A stretch of 61,967 nucleotides of DNA, filler included. It is 4 parts of 4 records of this genome, joined end to end, with 100 filler letters (N's around TTAATTAATTAA, not from the genome) between each part and the next. Parts side by side here need not be neighbours in the genome. Positions count along the whole stretch, not along the records: positions 1 to 21,607 come from SRR31156797_8867; 3 more parts are not named here. One strand, written 5' to 3'. The position numbers and the translations under genes are program-made. Shown piece after piece: positions 1 through 10,136 of the stretch (its first letter is position 1; the number at the start of each line of letters is the position of its first letter). Under the pieces are notes generated by a model. It saw only the letters and a program-made list of their open reading frames with translations. It had not been told where the DNA came from and ran no database searches.

Positions 1-747
1 TATCTCTAGGGCTTCTTTGTGATATTTTAAGGCTTGATCTAAATCCCCTTTAGCTCTATAGATTAATCCTATATTCCCTAAAACTATAGCTTTTTCATAG
101 TTTAAATGATTTTTATCTGCTATGGCTAAAGCTTTTTTATAATACTCTAAAGCAAAGGCTAACTTTGAGTTTTTTTGTGCTTCGTAAGCTATATTAAAAA
201 GAAGCTCCCATATCACTTTTGGTTCATGATTTTGATATAGTGTAATATAATTGTTATATTTACTGATATTTTCCTCTAATTTTTCACTTTGTTTTATATC
301 ACTATTTAAAAAACTATAAGAATGATCACTAAACAAAAAAGTAAAATTATTTCTTGAATAAAAATCATAAGCATTTTGTTTTAATTTTTCTAAAGAATCT
401 TTATCTATTAGGATAATCACTTTTAAATTATTTTTAAAAATATCATCTCTATTATAATTTAAAAGCTTTATTATCTCATCAATATTTTGTTTATACGCTA
501 TATTTACTAAAAAGATTCTCTCTTTGTTTTTATCTATTGTTTTTATATACTCAATGATATTTGAAGTTTTAGTCTCTATTTTTTCTAAATTAGGAATAAG
601 AGATGAGAAATACTCTTCAAATCTCTTAGCAAGATTTTTACTATCAACCCCAATAATAGCTAAGATTGATAAATCTTCTAAAAGTTCTATCACATCAAAA
701 AGCTCTTTGAGTTTTATATTTTCAGAACTTGTTAATAACTCTTTCAT
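1..747 (-). CDS. Tetratricopeptide-repeat protein, 3' end runs off the window
   Basis: Missing from the ORF track because it has no stop in the window. ATG at 747 is open to base 1: MKELLTSSENIKLKELFDVIE...LLNYNRDDIFKNNLKVIILIDKDSLEKLKQNAYDFYS...ALEYYKKALAIA...KAIVLGNIGLIYRAKGDLDQALKYHKEALEI. The last part fits the TPR consensus. Starts 8 nt after the ATPase stop. Confidence 0.85.
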   Translation of the reverse strand, partial: MKELLTSSENIKLKELFDVIELLEDLSILAIIGVDSKNLAKRFEEYFSSLIPNLEKIETKTSNIIEYIKTIDKNKERIFLVNIAYKQNIDEIIKLLNYNRDDIFKNNLKVIILIDKDSLEKLKQNAYDFYSRNNFTFLFSDHSYSFLNSDIKQSEKLEENISKYNNYITLYQNHEPKVIWELLFNIAYEAQKNSKLAFALEYYKKALAIADKNHLNYEKAIVLGNIGLIYRAKGDLDQALKYHKEALEI

Positions 748-755
748 CAAGCTTT

Positions 756-2030
756 TTATTTATTATATACCTCTAAAGACTCTAAACATACTGGATTTAT
801 TGAGTACCATGTATGTCCATTAAAATAAGCAAAAATCACTTCATTTGCAATAGCTTTTTGCAGTTTTTCCACATTGTCCGTATTATCTTCTAAATCAAAC
901 TCATTCTTGTTTATCGTAGATAAAAACTTCTTTTGATTCATCACATAAGAAGACAAATCTTTTCGTAGATGTTTTACTGCATCTATCACATCATCTTGAT
1001 TAATTTTATTTGAATCGGTAGTTCTAGCTTTTAATGCAGCTTTATGGATCAAAGAGATAAGTTGATTCATATTTGCACCACTATATGTAATCGCTTCATT
1101 GATTGCATTTTGGGTGATAAGATTTTTATCTTCTAATCTTCTATTAATAACCTCTTTTAAAAGTCTAATTCCATCTTCATCATCACTTCCATCAAAGTTC
1201 TTTATTTTCAATCCAAACTCTTTAAACTCTCCAAATTGGATATTTTGAGTTCTTTTAAGATGTACAGGCATAGTGATAATTTTTATAATATTTAAATTGT
1301 TTAAAATAGGAAGTTGATACTCTTTTGTAAAAAGATGGTTCACATCATCTCTTTTTTCCAAATCATCAATAACTACTATAATCTTTTTATTGGTTTCTTT
1401 TTCATATTCAAAGATTATCTCATTGACTATTTTTGTAAGCTCTTGCTTTTTAAACTTAAATATCTCTATGGCACTATTCCGTGCTTCTTCATTCATCTTG
1501 TAGTTTGCTGTAAAATCTACTCTTGATTCGAAAAGACTTAGAATTTTTGCACCTATTCCTATTTTGGCATTTATTTGTGCTTTTGCTTCTTCAGTTGTAG
1601 CTGTTTGGGCTTTTTTTATCAGTTCTTCATTATGGATTTTTTCAAGCTCTGTTAGTTTCTCAATAAAAATATCTTGGATAGTCTTATTTTCTTTTATTAT
1701 TGAATAGGCAATATTAAATAAAACATCTGCAATATCTATATTTTCAATATATTGAAAAGCTTCTCTTCCCATCACATATTTAAAATCATACTTTTTATTA
1801 ACATTTGGATAATTAATACTAAGCATATTTAGTGCTGTGCTTTTTCCATTTCCTGTTTGACCTGCAATAAGATATGTTTTATTAGGTAAAGGTAAATCTT
1901 CTAAGTCAATTGAAAACCGTAGCATCTCTTCTTCAAATAACTCAACATAAAAATCTTTATCTTCAACAGACAAGGTATGTCCTGGTAAAAAATTTTGGAA
2001 AATCTCTTTTACACTTTCAGCTTTTTTCAT
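756..2030 (-). CDS. P-loop ATPase (AAA/KAP/STAND-like)
   Basis: Walker A LIAGQTGNGKST and Walker B IIVVIDDLEK, separated by a long helical insert; 424 aa. Confidence 0.85.
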   Translation of the reverse strand: MKKAESVKEIFQNFLPGHTLSVEDKDFYVELFEEEMLRFSIDLEDLPLPNKTYLIAGQTGNGKSTALNMLSINYPNVNKKYDFKYVMGREAFQYIENIDIADVLFNIAYSIIKENKTIQDIFIEKLTELEKIHNEELIKKAQTATTEEAKAQINAKIGIGAKILSLFESRVDFTANYKMNEEARNSAIEIFKFKKQELTKIVNEIIFEYEKETNKKIIVVIDDLEKRDDVNHLFTKEYQLPILNNLNIIKIITMPVHLKRTQNIQFGEFKEFGLKIKNFDGSDDEDGIRLLKEVINRRLEDKNLITQNAINEAITYSGANMNQLISLIHKAALKARTTDSNKINQDDVIDAVKHLRKDLSSYVMNQKKFLSTINKNEFDLEDNTDNVEKLQKAIANEVIFAYFNGHTWYSINPVCLESLEVYNK

Positions 2031-2058
2031 AGTGAGTTCCTAATTTGATCTTTATTAA

Positions 2059-3483
2059 TTACGCCAACTTCTCTTTTAAAATTTTATTCACAACCTGAGG
2101 GTTTGCACTCCCTTTTGAGGCTTTCATCACTTGTCCTACAAAGAATGCAAACATCTTCTCTTTACCTGCTTTATATTCAGCTACTTTATCTTCATTATTT
2201 GCTAAGATCTCATCGATCATAGCTTCAATAGCCCCATCATCACTTACTTGTTTAAGACCTAGCTTTTCAATAACTGCATCTACACTTTCATCATTTTCCA
2301 TTAGATGATCAAGTACTTGTTTCCCTGCTTTACCAGAAATATCTCCTGCTTCGATAGCTTTTACAAGAGTTCCAAGCTTCTCAGCACTTACTGGTGAATT
2401 GGTTACATCTTGACCTTCACCAAATCTTCCTTGAAGTTCAACCGTGAGCCAAGAACTTGCATTTTTCCCAGTGATTCCTGTAGCCATCATCTCTTCAAAA
2501 AAGTGAGCCATCTCTTTAGTCGCACAAATTACTCCAGCATTGTATTCTGTAAGTCCATACTCTTTTACAAATCTATTTTTCTTCTCATCTGGAAGCTCAG
2601 GAATATCTGAATATTTTTCAATCATCTCATCAGTGATGATAAGTGGAAGTAAATCTGGATCTGGAAAATATCTATAATCTGCTGCGTCTTCTTTTCCTCT
2701 CATAGATCGTGTTTCACCACTATCCACATCAAAAAGTCTAGTCTCTTGTACTACTTCTTGCTCATAGACTCCATCTTCCCAAGCTTCCACTTGTCTTTGT
2801 ACTTCATATTTGATCGCACGCTCGATAAATTTAAAAGAGTTCATATTTTTGATTTCACATCTAGTGTAAAGTTTCTCATCACCTTTTGGCCTTATAGATA
2901 CGTTTACATCACATCTAAATGATCCCTCTTGCATATTTGCGTCACTAATATCTATATATCTTACAATTGAGTGAAGTTTTTTAAGATAAAGAATCGCCTC
3001 TTCTGCACTTCTCATATCTGGTTCACTTACGATCTCTAATAATGGTGTTCCTGCACGATTAAGATCCACTTGTGAATGATCTCCTGCATGGGTATTTTTC
3101 CCTGCATCATTTTCTAAGTGAGCTCTTGTGATACCAATTGTTTTATTTGATCCATCTTCAAAATCAATCACTAAAGTCCCCTCACCTACTACTGGAACTT
3201 CAAATTGAGAGATTTGATATCCTGTTGGTAAGTCTGGATAAAAATAGTTTTTTCTATTAAAAATCGATTTTTTATTGATCACTGCATCTACTGCTGTTCC
3301 AAACTGGATCGCTTTATGTACTGCTTCACGATTAATCACTGGTAATGCCCCAGGTAATCCTAAACATACTGGACATACATTTGTATTTGGTTCATGTCCA
3401 AAACTTGTGGCACACGAACACCAAAGTTTACTATTGGTATTTAACTGTACGTGAACTTCTAACCCAATTATAACTTCAAACAT
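2059..3483 (-). CDS. gatB: Asp/Glu-tRNA(Asn/Gln) amidotransferase subunit B
   Basis: [36 protein letters not shown] and [10 protein letters not shown] motifs. Confidence 0.98.
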   Translation of the reverse strand: MFEVIIGLEVHVQLNTNSKLWCSCATSFGHEPNTNVCPVCLGLPGALPVINREAVHKAIQFGTAVDAVINKKSIFNRKNYFYPDLPTGYQISQFEVPVVGEGTLVIDFEDGSNKTIGITRAHLENDAGKNTHAGDHSQVDLNRAGTPLLEIVSEPDMRSAEEAILYLKKLHSIVRYIDISDANMQEGSFRCDVNVSIRPKGDEKLYTRCEIKNMNSFKFIERAIKYEVQRQVEAWEDGVYEQEVVQETRLFDVDSGETRSMRGKEDAADYRYFPDPDLLPLIITDEMIEKYSDIPELPDEKKNRFVKEYGLTEYNAGVICATKEMAHFFEEMMATGITGKNASSWLTVELQGRFGEGQDVTNSPVSAEKLGTLVKAIEAGDISGKAGKQVLDHLMENDESVDAVIEKLGLKQVSDDGAIEAMIDEILANNEDKVAEYKAGKEKMFAFFVGQVMKASKGSANPQVVNKILKEKLA

Positions 3484-3492
3484 TTTCTCCCT

Positions 3493-4314
3493 TTATCGAT
3501 AAACTTTTATATTTGCTGTGATTTTTTGTGTTTCAAAGTATTCATTTAAAAAGTTTGTTTCTCTTTGTTCCATAATAGTTTGGAAAATTTTCTCTTTTAC
3601 TTCATCAAATGGTAATACTTTTACTCCTGTTTTATTTTTTACATAAAACATATTGTAATTCTCTTTTTGAGCAAAGATTGGACTAAACTGATTCTCTTTT
3701 GTATTTTGTAAAACATATCGTACCTGAGGATTTAGCTCATTGTAATTGAAAGTAATATCTTGAGACATTACTCTTGGATCATTCATCATAGGATTTGCTG
3801 CTACTTGATTTAAAAGTCTTTTTTCTTTTGTGATATACGCTGTAACATCAATCGTATCAGCTACACTAAACTCCTCTTTATTATTATCATAATAAATTTT
3901 CATATCTTCATCAGTTGCTATTTTTAAATTTTCTCCTGCAACTTTTTGGATAAGTTTTTGATGTTTGATCTGTTGTTTTATTGTATCTATAAATGCATCG
4001 TAATCTTGCTGTTGTCTTACTAAAGATTTAAACTCTAAAGGCTGCATCTTGTTTCGTGCTGCTAATTTTGCAATATAATTATCCACATCAAAAATATCCA
4101 CACTTACTTTATTTTTTTTCACCTCTTGATCATAGATGATCTCATTAATAAGATTTTTTACTGCTTGATTTTTATCTACACTTTTAGATTGCATCTCACT
4201 ATCTATATCGTATAGAGTAATTGGTTCATTATTTACTACTAAGGCTATTCCATTAACCATCCCAGCCCATGAAAGGCTACACCCGAATAATAAAGCTACT
4301 ATTGTTTTTTTCAT
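3493..4314 (-). CDS. SurA-like periplasmic chaperone / PPIase
   Basis: Signal peptide; VNGIALVVNNEPITLYDI SurA N-domain pattern. Confidence 0.8.
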   Translation of the reverse strand: MKKTIVALLFGCSLSWAGMVNGIALVVNNEPITLYDIDSEMQSKSVDKNQAVKNLINEIIYDQEVKKNKVSVDIFDVDNYIAKLAARNKMQPLEFKSLVRQQQDYDAFIDTIKQQIKHQKLIQKVAGENLKIATDEDMKIYYDNNKEEFSVADTIDVTAYITKEKRLLNQVAANPMMNDPRVMSQDITFNYNELNPQVRYVLQNTKENQFSPIFAQKENYNMFYVKNKTGVKVLPFDEVKEKIFQTIMEQRETNFLNEYFETQKITANIKVYR

Positions 4315-4340
4315 GAATGCTTTCCTTCTTTAAAAAAAAA

Positions 4341-4904
4341 TCATTTTACCATAAAGATGGTAAAATCATTCTCCAAATAATCTTCTTTTAATATTATATT
4401 GCGACTATATCCTTGGATGATTGCTATCACCTCTTCTTTATGGATTCCATTAAAGGTAAATCCTTTTAGGTAGTTTAATACAATCCCTTTTTTTGCATGT
4501 TGATACATATTATGTACAAAAAGCTCTATCTCCCCATGATCTAAGGTATTTAAAGCCCCGCTACAGAGATAATAGTCTGCATCTGGTAAAGGATCACTGG
4601 TAATATCTTTTCTCTCAAAGTTCGTATCAAAACGCTCTTTTGCTTTTTTGATCATCTCTTTTTCACTATCGATTCCAATATATTTTTTTGGTAAGAGATT
4701 TTGTTCTTGCAAGTATTTATAGTACTCTCCAAAGCCACACCCCGCATCAACAATGGTAGAGGTTTTTATATCTGAGTATATAAATGAGGTTAAGGCTTCA
4801 AAGCGTTTATATTGAGTTTCTTTATTTTTCCAATGCACTCCAAGAGGAGATACACCATATTTTTTTATGCTTTTTTTGTAGAAGTTTTTTTTATTAAATA
4901 GCAC
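4341..4904 (-). CDS. Class I SAM-dependent methyltransferase
   Basis: IVDAGCGFG motif I; YIGID. Confidence 0.85.
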   Translation of the reverse strand: MLFNKKNFYKKSIKKYGVSPLGVHWKNKETQYKRFEALTSFIYSDIKTSTIVDAGCGFGEYYKYLQEQNLLPKKYIGIDSEKEMIKKAKERFDTNFERKDITSDPLPDADYYLCSGALNTLDHGEIELFVHNMYQHAKKGIVLNYLKGFTFNGIHKEEVIAIIQGYSRNIILKEDYLENDFTIFMVK

Positions 4905-5337
4905 TATCTATCTGCTCTATCTCCACTTTATTATCTTTTAAAAACTTTGATACGATCTGCGAGTTTGTATGTTCATACGCTCTTTCATAGACTATTCGTA
5001 CTATTCCACTAGCAATAAGGTTTTTAGAGCATTCACTACAAGGCTCTAGGGTTACATAAATAGTTGCACCTTCTATTGAGATCCCTTTTCTAGCAGCCCA
5101 AATAATAGCATTCATCTCAGCGTGGATCTCATAGGTCTTTGACCAATCATGATGATCTTTTGTATACTCATCATTCCAATGTTCACAACAGTTTGTATAT
5201 CCAGCTGGAGTTCCATTATATCCAGTACTTAAGATTCTACCATCTTTTACGATCACTGCTCCCACTTGCTTTGAGACACATTTACTAGCACTTGCTATCT
5301 CTTTTGCAATATTGATAAAATTTCTATCACTTAACAT
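4894..5337 (-). CDS. dCMP deaminase (ComEB family)
   Basis: STGYNG, HAEMNA and PCSEC zinc motifs. Confidence 0.92.
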   Translation of the reverse strand: MLSDRNFINIAKEIASASKCVSKQVGAVIVKDGRILSTGYNGTPAGYTNCCEHWNDEYTKDHHDWSKTYEIHAEMNAIIWAARKGISIEGATIYVTLEPCSECSKNLIASGIVRIVYERAYEHTNSQIVSKFLKDNKVEIEQIDSAI

Positions 5338-5340
5338 CTT

Positions 5341-6522
5341 TTAATCCTCTACAATATGCCCAACAAATTTTGACATATTATCTAAAACTATGCCACCTTT
5401 TCGAAAGCCCATAGCACATGCTTCATAGGCATAAAATACCCCTGCTTGATAAAAGTTTCCTTCACTATCTTGATTAAACTCATAATACTCTTGATAGACC
5501 ATCTTAAAGTTATCATATACCCCATCTGTTTTAAACTCAAGTGAGTTATCGCTATTAACAATAGCTACATTTGCACCCTCTCTTCCAAAACATGGTTTTT
5601 CAACTTGTTTTGTATTTTCTAGAGGCTCAAACGATGTTTCAAGTAATAGTGGATGTTCAGGATAAAGATCCCAAAGGATTTTTAATATCCCTTTACTTTG
5701 AAAAAGTAGGGTATAGGCTGGATTAACAATGATCCCTTTTTGATTTTTAATGATATCAGTTAAGATTACTGCTAACTCACCCTCATCTATAGCGATATCT
5801 TCCCAAGGGATAAGTTTAAACCAAAACTCATACAGCTCTCCATCTTTACTAATCCCCTCATCACTAAACTCTACTTTATCGATATATTCAAATGCTGTTT
5901 GATAGCCTGCTTCACTTGCAATATGTTCTAAAAGTTTTGTAGTATGTTCCTCTTCATCATTTCCTTCAACTGAAGAAAATAAAATCTTCCAATTTAAATC
6001 TTTATAATACTCTTCAAACTTTTCAACCTCTGTATCAAGGGTGATAAACCTTTTAAAGTTATCCTTGATTGCTTCATATAAAGAGTTAAATTGACTTGAT
6101 TCATCTAGGTTATTTAGCTTTAGTAAAGCCCACTGGATGATTGCACTCTCATAAAGAGCTGTTGGGGTATCTGCATTAAATTCAATCAGCTTTATAGGCT
6201 TTCCATCAAGTCCACCAGCTAGATCAAATCGCCCATAAAGATGCCAGTGCACATCATTTTCCCACGATTCTTTGATAAGTTCTACTAGATTAAAAGGGAT
6301 ATTAAGTTCATGGAAAAGATCATTTTCAATCACATATTCTGCCGCTTCACAATACATATCATAAAGCTCATTTGTAGCTTCATAAAAAGCTTCTGCTTCA
6401 CTTCCACTTACACTTACTACCTCATCAGCAATATAAGAAGACTTATCACTATCAGTATGCCATGTAAATCCTATAGAGCTTAGATACTCATCTGTTAAGG
6501 GTTGTAGTTTTTTTAATCTCAT
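5341..6522 (-). CDS. Glutathionylspermidine synthase family ATP-grasp protein
   Basis: LYGRFDL, KLIEFNADTPT, FKLIPWE and KPCFGREGAN motifs. Confidence 0.93.
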   Translation of the reverse strand: MRLKKLQPLTDEYLSSIGFTWHTDSDKSSYIADEVVSVSGSEAEAFYEATNELYDMYCEAAEYVIENDLFHELNIPFNLVELIKESWENDVHWHLYGRFDLAGGLDGKPIKLIEFNADTPTALYESAIIQWALLKLNNLDESSQFNSLYEAIKDNFKRFITLDTEVEKFEEYYKDLNWKILFSSVEGNDEEEHTTKLLEHIASEAGYQTAFEYIDKVEFSDEGISKDGELYEFWFKLIPWEDIAIDEGELAVILTDIIKNQKGIIVNPAYTLLFQSKGILKILWDLYPEHPLLLETSFEPLENTKQVEKPCFGREGANVAIVNSDNSLEFKTDGVYDNFKMVYQEYYEFNQDSEGNFYQAGVFYAYEACAMGFRKGGIVLDNMSKFVGHIVED

Positions 6523-7152
6523 CTATCCACCAAAGCTTGAACTTGAAGTACTTTTTTGAGAGCTTCCAAAAAAACCTGATTTTTTTGTAGAGCTTGAAGT
6601 ACTTTTAGAAGTTGATGCACTTTTTGCTTTATTAAAGCTATCTACACTTCTTGAATAGGTACTAGGATTTTTATAACTAGTTCGTCTATTTTGTTGATAG
6701 TTTTGATTTCCAAAAAGTTTGTTTCCAATAAAACTTCCGATAATGGCTCCTGCTGCACTTGCAAGTAAAGCTTCTCCAAGACCCATTCCCCCCATTCCAT
6801 TAGAGTTTGTAAGATTTGAAGTTCCATTATCTATTTTTTGGGCTTCTTGTTGTACTAAAGCATCAATCTCTGCTTTAGAAAGGATTCTTTCTTTTCCATT
6901 TTCTCTTAAAACAATCGTTGTATTAGTACTTGGAAACTCATCTACTATTTGATAACTTCCTGTTGAAGTCTTTTCAATGATTACAAAAGCCCCTTGTTTT
7001 TGAGCAGCCTCTGTGACTCCACCACCTGAACCATAGTTTGAACCATTGGCATTCTTATCTTCACACCCTGTAAGTCCAAAAACAAGTGAGGCTCCAAGTC
7101 CTCCAACTACTGCATAATCTGATACTTTTTTTAAAAAATATTTCTTAGCCAT
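6523..7152 (-). CDS. UPF0323-type lipoprotein
   Basis: Lipobox LTGC; Ser/Gly-rich tail ending SSFGG; adjacent to the GSP synthase as in other Campylobacterota. Confidence 0.75.
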   Translation of the reverse strand: MAKKYFLKKVSDYAVVGGLGASLVFGLTGCEDKNANGSNYGSGGGVTEAAQKQGAFVIIEKTSTGSYQIVDEFPSTNTTIVLRENGKERILSKAEIDALVQQEAQKIDNGTSNLTNSNGMGGMGLGEALLASAAGAIIGSFIGNKLFGNQNYQQNRRTSYKNPSTYSRSVDSFNKAKSASTSKSTSSSTKKSGFFGSSQKSTSSSSFGG

Positions 7153-7154
7153 AA

Positions 7155-7505
7155 TTATCCTAAAAGCTCTTTTACATTTTCTATCGGTCGTCCAATTGCA
7201 GCACGATCACCTTTTATCACTATAGGTCGCTCTACTAATTTTGGATTTTTGACTACTAGATCGATGATCTCATCTTCACTTTTAGATTCATCTTTGATAT
7301 TTAGCTCTTTATATTCTTTCTCTTTTGTTCGAAGCATTTCTCTAACATCAGAAATTCCAAGCTTTTTCATCAATCCTTTAATATCATCTTTTGTAAATTC
7401 ATTTTTAAGGTATTCAAATACCTCAAACTCTAATCCCATCTCATCTAAAAGGTTTTTAGAGTCTCTACTTTTTCCACATCTTGCATTATGCCAGATAGTT
7501 ATCAT
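7155..7505 (-). CDS. arsC: Arsenate reductase (ArsC/Spx family)
   Basis: IWHNARCGKSR and LVERPIV motifs; start moved to ATG 7505 just after the gltX stop. Confidence 0.85.
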   Translation of the reverse strand: MITIWHNARCGKSRDSKNLLDEMGLEFEVFEYLKNEFTKDDIKGLMKKLGISDVREMLRTKEKEYKELNIKDESKSEDEIIDLVVKNPKLVERPIVIKGDRAAIGRPIENVKELLG

Positions 7506-7506
7506 A

Positions 7507-8919
7507 TTACTCTTCTCCTTTACCAAAGTTTACTTCCATTGCACTTTGTAGTCTTTTGATAGACTCTTCTACTCCTAAAACTGCAATGATATCATATACT
7601 GATGGGGCTTGTGTTCCACCAGTTAGGGCTATTCTTATTGGTTGAAACAGTTGAGGAAATTTCAATCCATTTGATTCAATAAATGGTTTTGTAATCGCTT
7701 CAATATCAACAGGTGTATGAAGATCTTTATTTACTTCAAGCACCTCGATATAAGATTGAAGCATATCTAAAGTTCCCTCTTTAATAAACTTCTTTACCCC
7801 TTTATTTTCATACTCTGTTGGAGTTTCTAGGATATTAACGATTGCACTTTTAAGCTCAAGCAAAGTATTCGCTCTTTCTTTACAAAGATCAAGAAGCATC
7901 TCTTTTTTATCATGCCCATGGATCTCACATTCATAGAATTTCAACTCTTCGATAAGTCTTGAATTTGGTACGTTTTTAATATAATGAGCATTGAGCCAAT
8001 TTAATTTCTCTTCATTATACGCAGAAGCTGATTTATTGATATTATTTGGATCAAAAAGTTCAAGCATCTCTTCCATTGAAAAAATCTCTTGATCCCCATT
8101 TGACCATCCTAGACGTACAAGGAAGTTTAAAAGAGCCTCAGGAAGATATCCATCCCTTTTATACTGCATCACATCCATTGCTCCATCACGTTTTGAAAGC
8201 TTTTTCCCTTGTGGATTATTGATCATTGGGATATGATAAAATTTTGGTACATCAAACCCTAAAGCATTATAAATTACGATCTGTTTTGGAGTATTTGAAA
8301 GGTGATCATCCCCTCTTAAAACATCTGTCATCCCCATCAATGCATCATCAATAGCAACAACAAAATTATAAATAGGCATCCCATTTGCACGTGCAATTAC
8401 GAAGTCATCCACTTGATTTGCTTCAAACTTCATAGCACCTTTTACTCCATCTTCAAACTCAATTGTTCCCTCTTTTGGAGCTTTTATTCTAATAACTGGT
8501 TCTATATCTTGTGGGATTGAAGGAAGTGTTTTCCCCTCTTCTGGTCTCCATGTACCATCATATCTTGGAGTTTGTTTTGCAGCTTCTTGTTTTGCTCTAA
8601 GAGCATCAAGTTCCTCCCTACTCATATAGCATCTATAAGCTTTTCCCTCTTCAAGAAGTTGATCAATATATTTTTTATAGATATCTGTTCTACGTGACTG
8701 ATACTCTATATCACAATCACTTGGCATACCAACCCACTCAAATGCTTCTAAGATAGCTTTTACTGCATCTTCACTATTTCGTGCTTGATCAGTATCTTCG
8801 ATTCTTAGTTTAAATTCACCACCTGTTTTTTTCGCCCACAAATAGCTATAAAGTGCAGTACGAAGCCCTCCAATGTGTAAGTATCCCGTTGGACTTGGTG
8901 CAAATCTTGTTACTGCCAT
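7507..8919 (-). CDS. gltX: Glutamate--tRNA ligase
   Basis: TRFAPSPTGYLHIGG (HIGH) and KLSKR (KMSKS) motifs. Confidence 0.98.
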   Translation of the reverse strand: MAVTRFAPSPTGYLHIGGLRTALYSYLWAKKTGGEFKLRIEDTDQARNSEDAVKAILEAFEWVGMPSDCDIEYQSRRTDIYKKYIDQLLEEGKAYRCYMSREELDALRAKQEAAKQTPRYDGTWRPEEGKTLPSIPQDIEPVIRIKAPKEGTIEFEDGVKGAMKFEANQVDDFVIARANGMPIYNFVVAIDDALMGMTDVLRGDDHLSNTPKQIVIYNALGFDVPKFYHIPMINNPQGKKLSKRDGAMDVMQYKRDGYLPEALLNFLVRLGWSNGDQEIFSMEEMLELFDPNNINKSASAYNEEKLNWLNAHYIKNVPNSRLIEELKFYECEIHGHDKKEMLLDLCKERANTLLELKSAIVNILETPTEYENKGVKKFIKEGTLDMLQSYIEVLEVNKDLHTPVDIEAITKPFIESNGLKFPQLFQPIRIALTGGTQAPSVYDIIAVLGVEESIKRLQSAMEVNFGKGEE

Positions 8920-8994
8920 ATCTCTCTATCCTTATTTTGTTATTGATTTTTCCGTATTCTAACAAAAGTTTTGGGTTAGTTTCTTTAAAAGAGT

Positions 8995-9402
8995 TTATTC
9001 TTGATTTACTTTTTCAATAGTTTGCTTAATTCCCATACTAATAAGCTGAAGATCAAAAGGCTTTACGATCCAAGAGGTTGCACCTGCTTGTTTTCCTTGT
9101 TGCTTCATCTCTTTTGTCCATTCAGTTGAGAGAACCATGATAGGAGTAACTGCATAATCTAATTTTTCTCTTAATCTTTGAATAAAGGTGATCCCATCCA
9201 TATTTGGCATATTGATATCAGTAATAATAAAATCAAACTCATCTTCAGCTTCATCAATCTTTTCAAGAGCATCGATACCATCTACTGCGCCTTGAATATT
9301 TAAATATCCAAGTTGTAATAAAAAGCTTTCAATCATCTCTCTAGTTGTTCCACTATCATCCACATAAAGTATTCTTATATTTTTATCATTACTATCGATC
9401 AT
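8995..9402 (-). CDS. Single-domain CheY-like response regulator
   Basis: YVDD, ITDINMPNMDG and WIVKPF motifs. Confidence 0.9.
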   Translation of the reverse strand: MIDSNDKNIRILYVDDSGTTREMIESFLLQLGYLNIQGAVDGIDALEKIDEAEDEFDFIITDINMPNMDGITFIQRLREKLDYAVTPIMVLSTEWTKEMKQQGKQAGATSWIVKPFDLQLISMGIKQTIEKVNQE

Positions 9403-9410
9403 TTTTATCC

Positions 9411-10136
9411 TTAAAATTGATTCGGGTTAAAGCCGAAGTCTGGTGTCCCTAAAAAATCTGTATTTGAATCAAAGCCACCACTACTAAAGTTTGGATCACT
9501 ATATCCACTCTGAGCTGAAATGTTTCGAAGCATCATTATATCATTTTTTATATCAATATGTTGCGGGCATACCATATTACAGTTTCCACATAGGGTACAA
9601 TCCCACACTCCATTGTTTTGTATTGTATCAATTTTTGCTGTACTGTTATTCTCTTTTTTATCATTTACATATCGATAGACTCTTGTTAAGGCAAAAGGTC
9701 CTAAAAACTCTTTATTTACTTCAAACACTGGGCAAGAACTATAGCAGCTATTACATAAAATACAGTTACTTTGAAGATCAATACTTTTTTCATCCTCAGG
9801 TGTAATAACTACATCGCTTTTTTCTTTTAAGTAAGCAGAAGAGTTACTAATACAGACTTTTTGTGAAGAGATATCTACTACAAGATCTCTTAAAACCTGT
9901 GCATTTTTTAAAGGCTCTATCACATCTCCATCATTGAGATGGGTTTTACAGGCTAATTTTTCTACTCCATTTACCCTCACAGCACAACTTCCACATACTC
10001 CACTTCTACATCCACTTCGAAAACTTAAAGTATTATCAAGCTTTGCTTTAATGTAATTTAAAATAGAGAGTAAACTATCTCTTTTGACCCTATTATCATC
10101 TATTAAATACTCTTTATCACATATTTTTAATTTCAT
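9411..10136 (-). CDS. sdhB: Succinate dehydrogenase/fumarate reductase Fe-S subunit
   Basis: CRSGVCGSC, CILCNSCYSSC and CTLCGNCNMVC cysteine clusters. Confidence 0.85.
   Translation of the reverse strand: MKLKICDKEYLIDDNRVKRDSLLSILNYIKAKLDNTLSFRSGCRSGVCGSCAVRVNGVEKLACKTHLNDGDVIEPLKNAQVLRDLVVDISSQKVCISNSSAYLKEKSDVVITPEDEKSIDLQSNCILCNSCYSSCPVFEVNKEFLGPFALTRVYRYVNDKKENNSTAKIDTIQNNGVWDCTLCGNCNMVCPQHIDIKNDIMMLRNISAQSGYSDPNFSSGGFDSNTDFLGTPDFGFNPNQF

Noticed and set aside
524-823. 99-aa plus-strand ORF
   Set aside because: Antisense shadow of the TPR and ATPase genes
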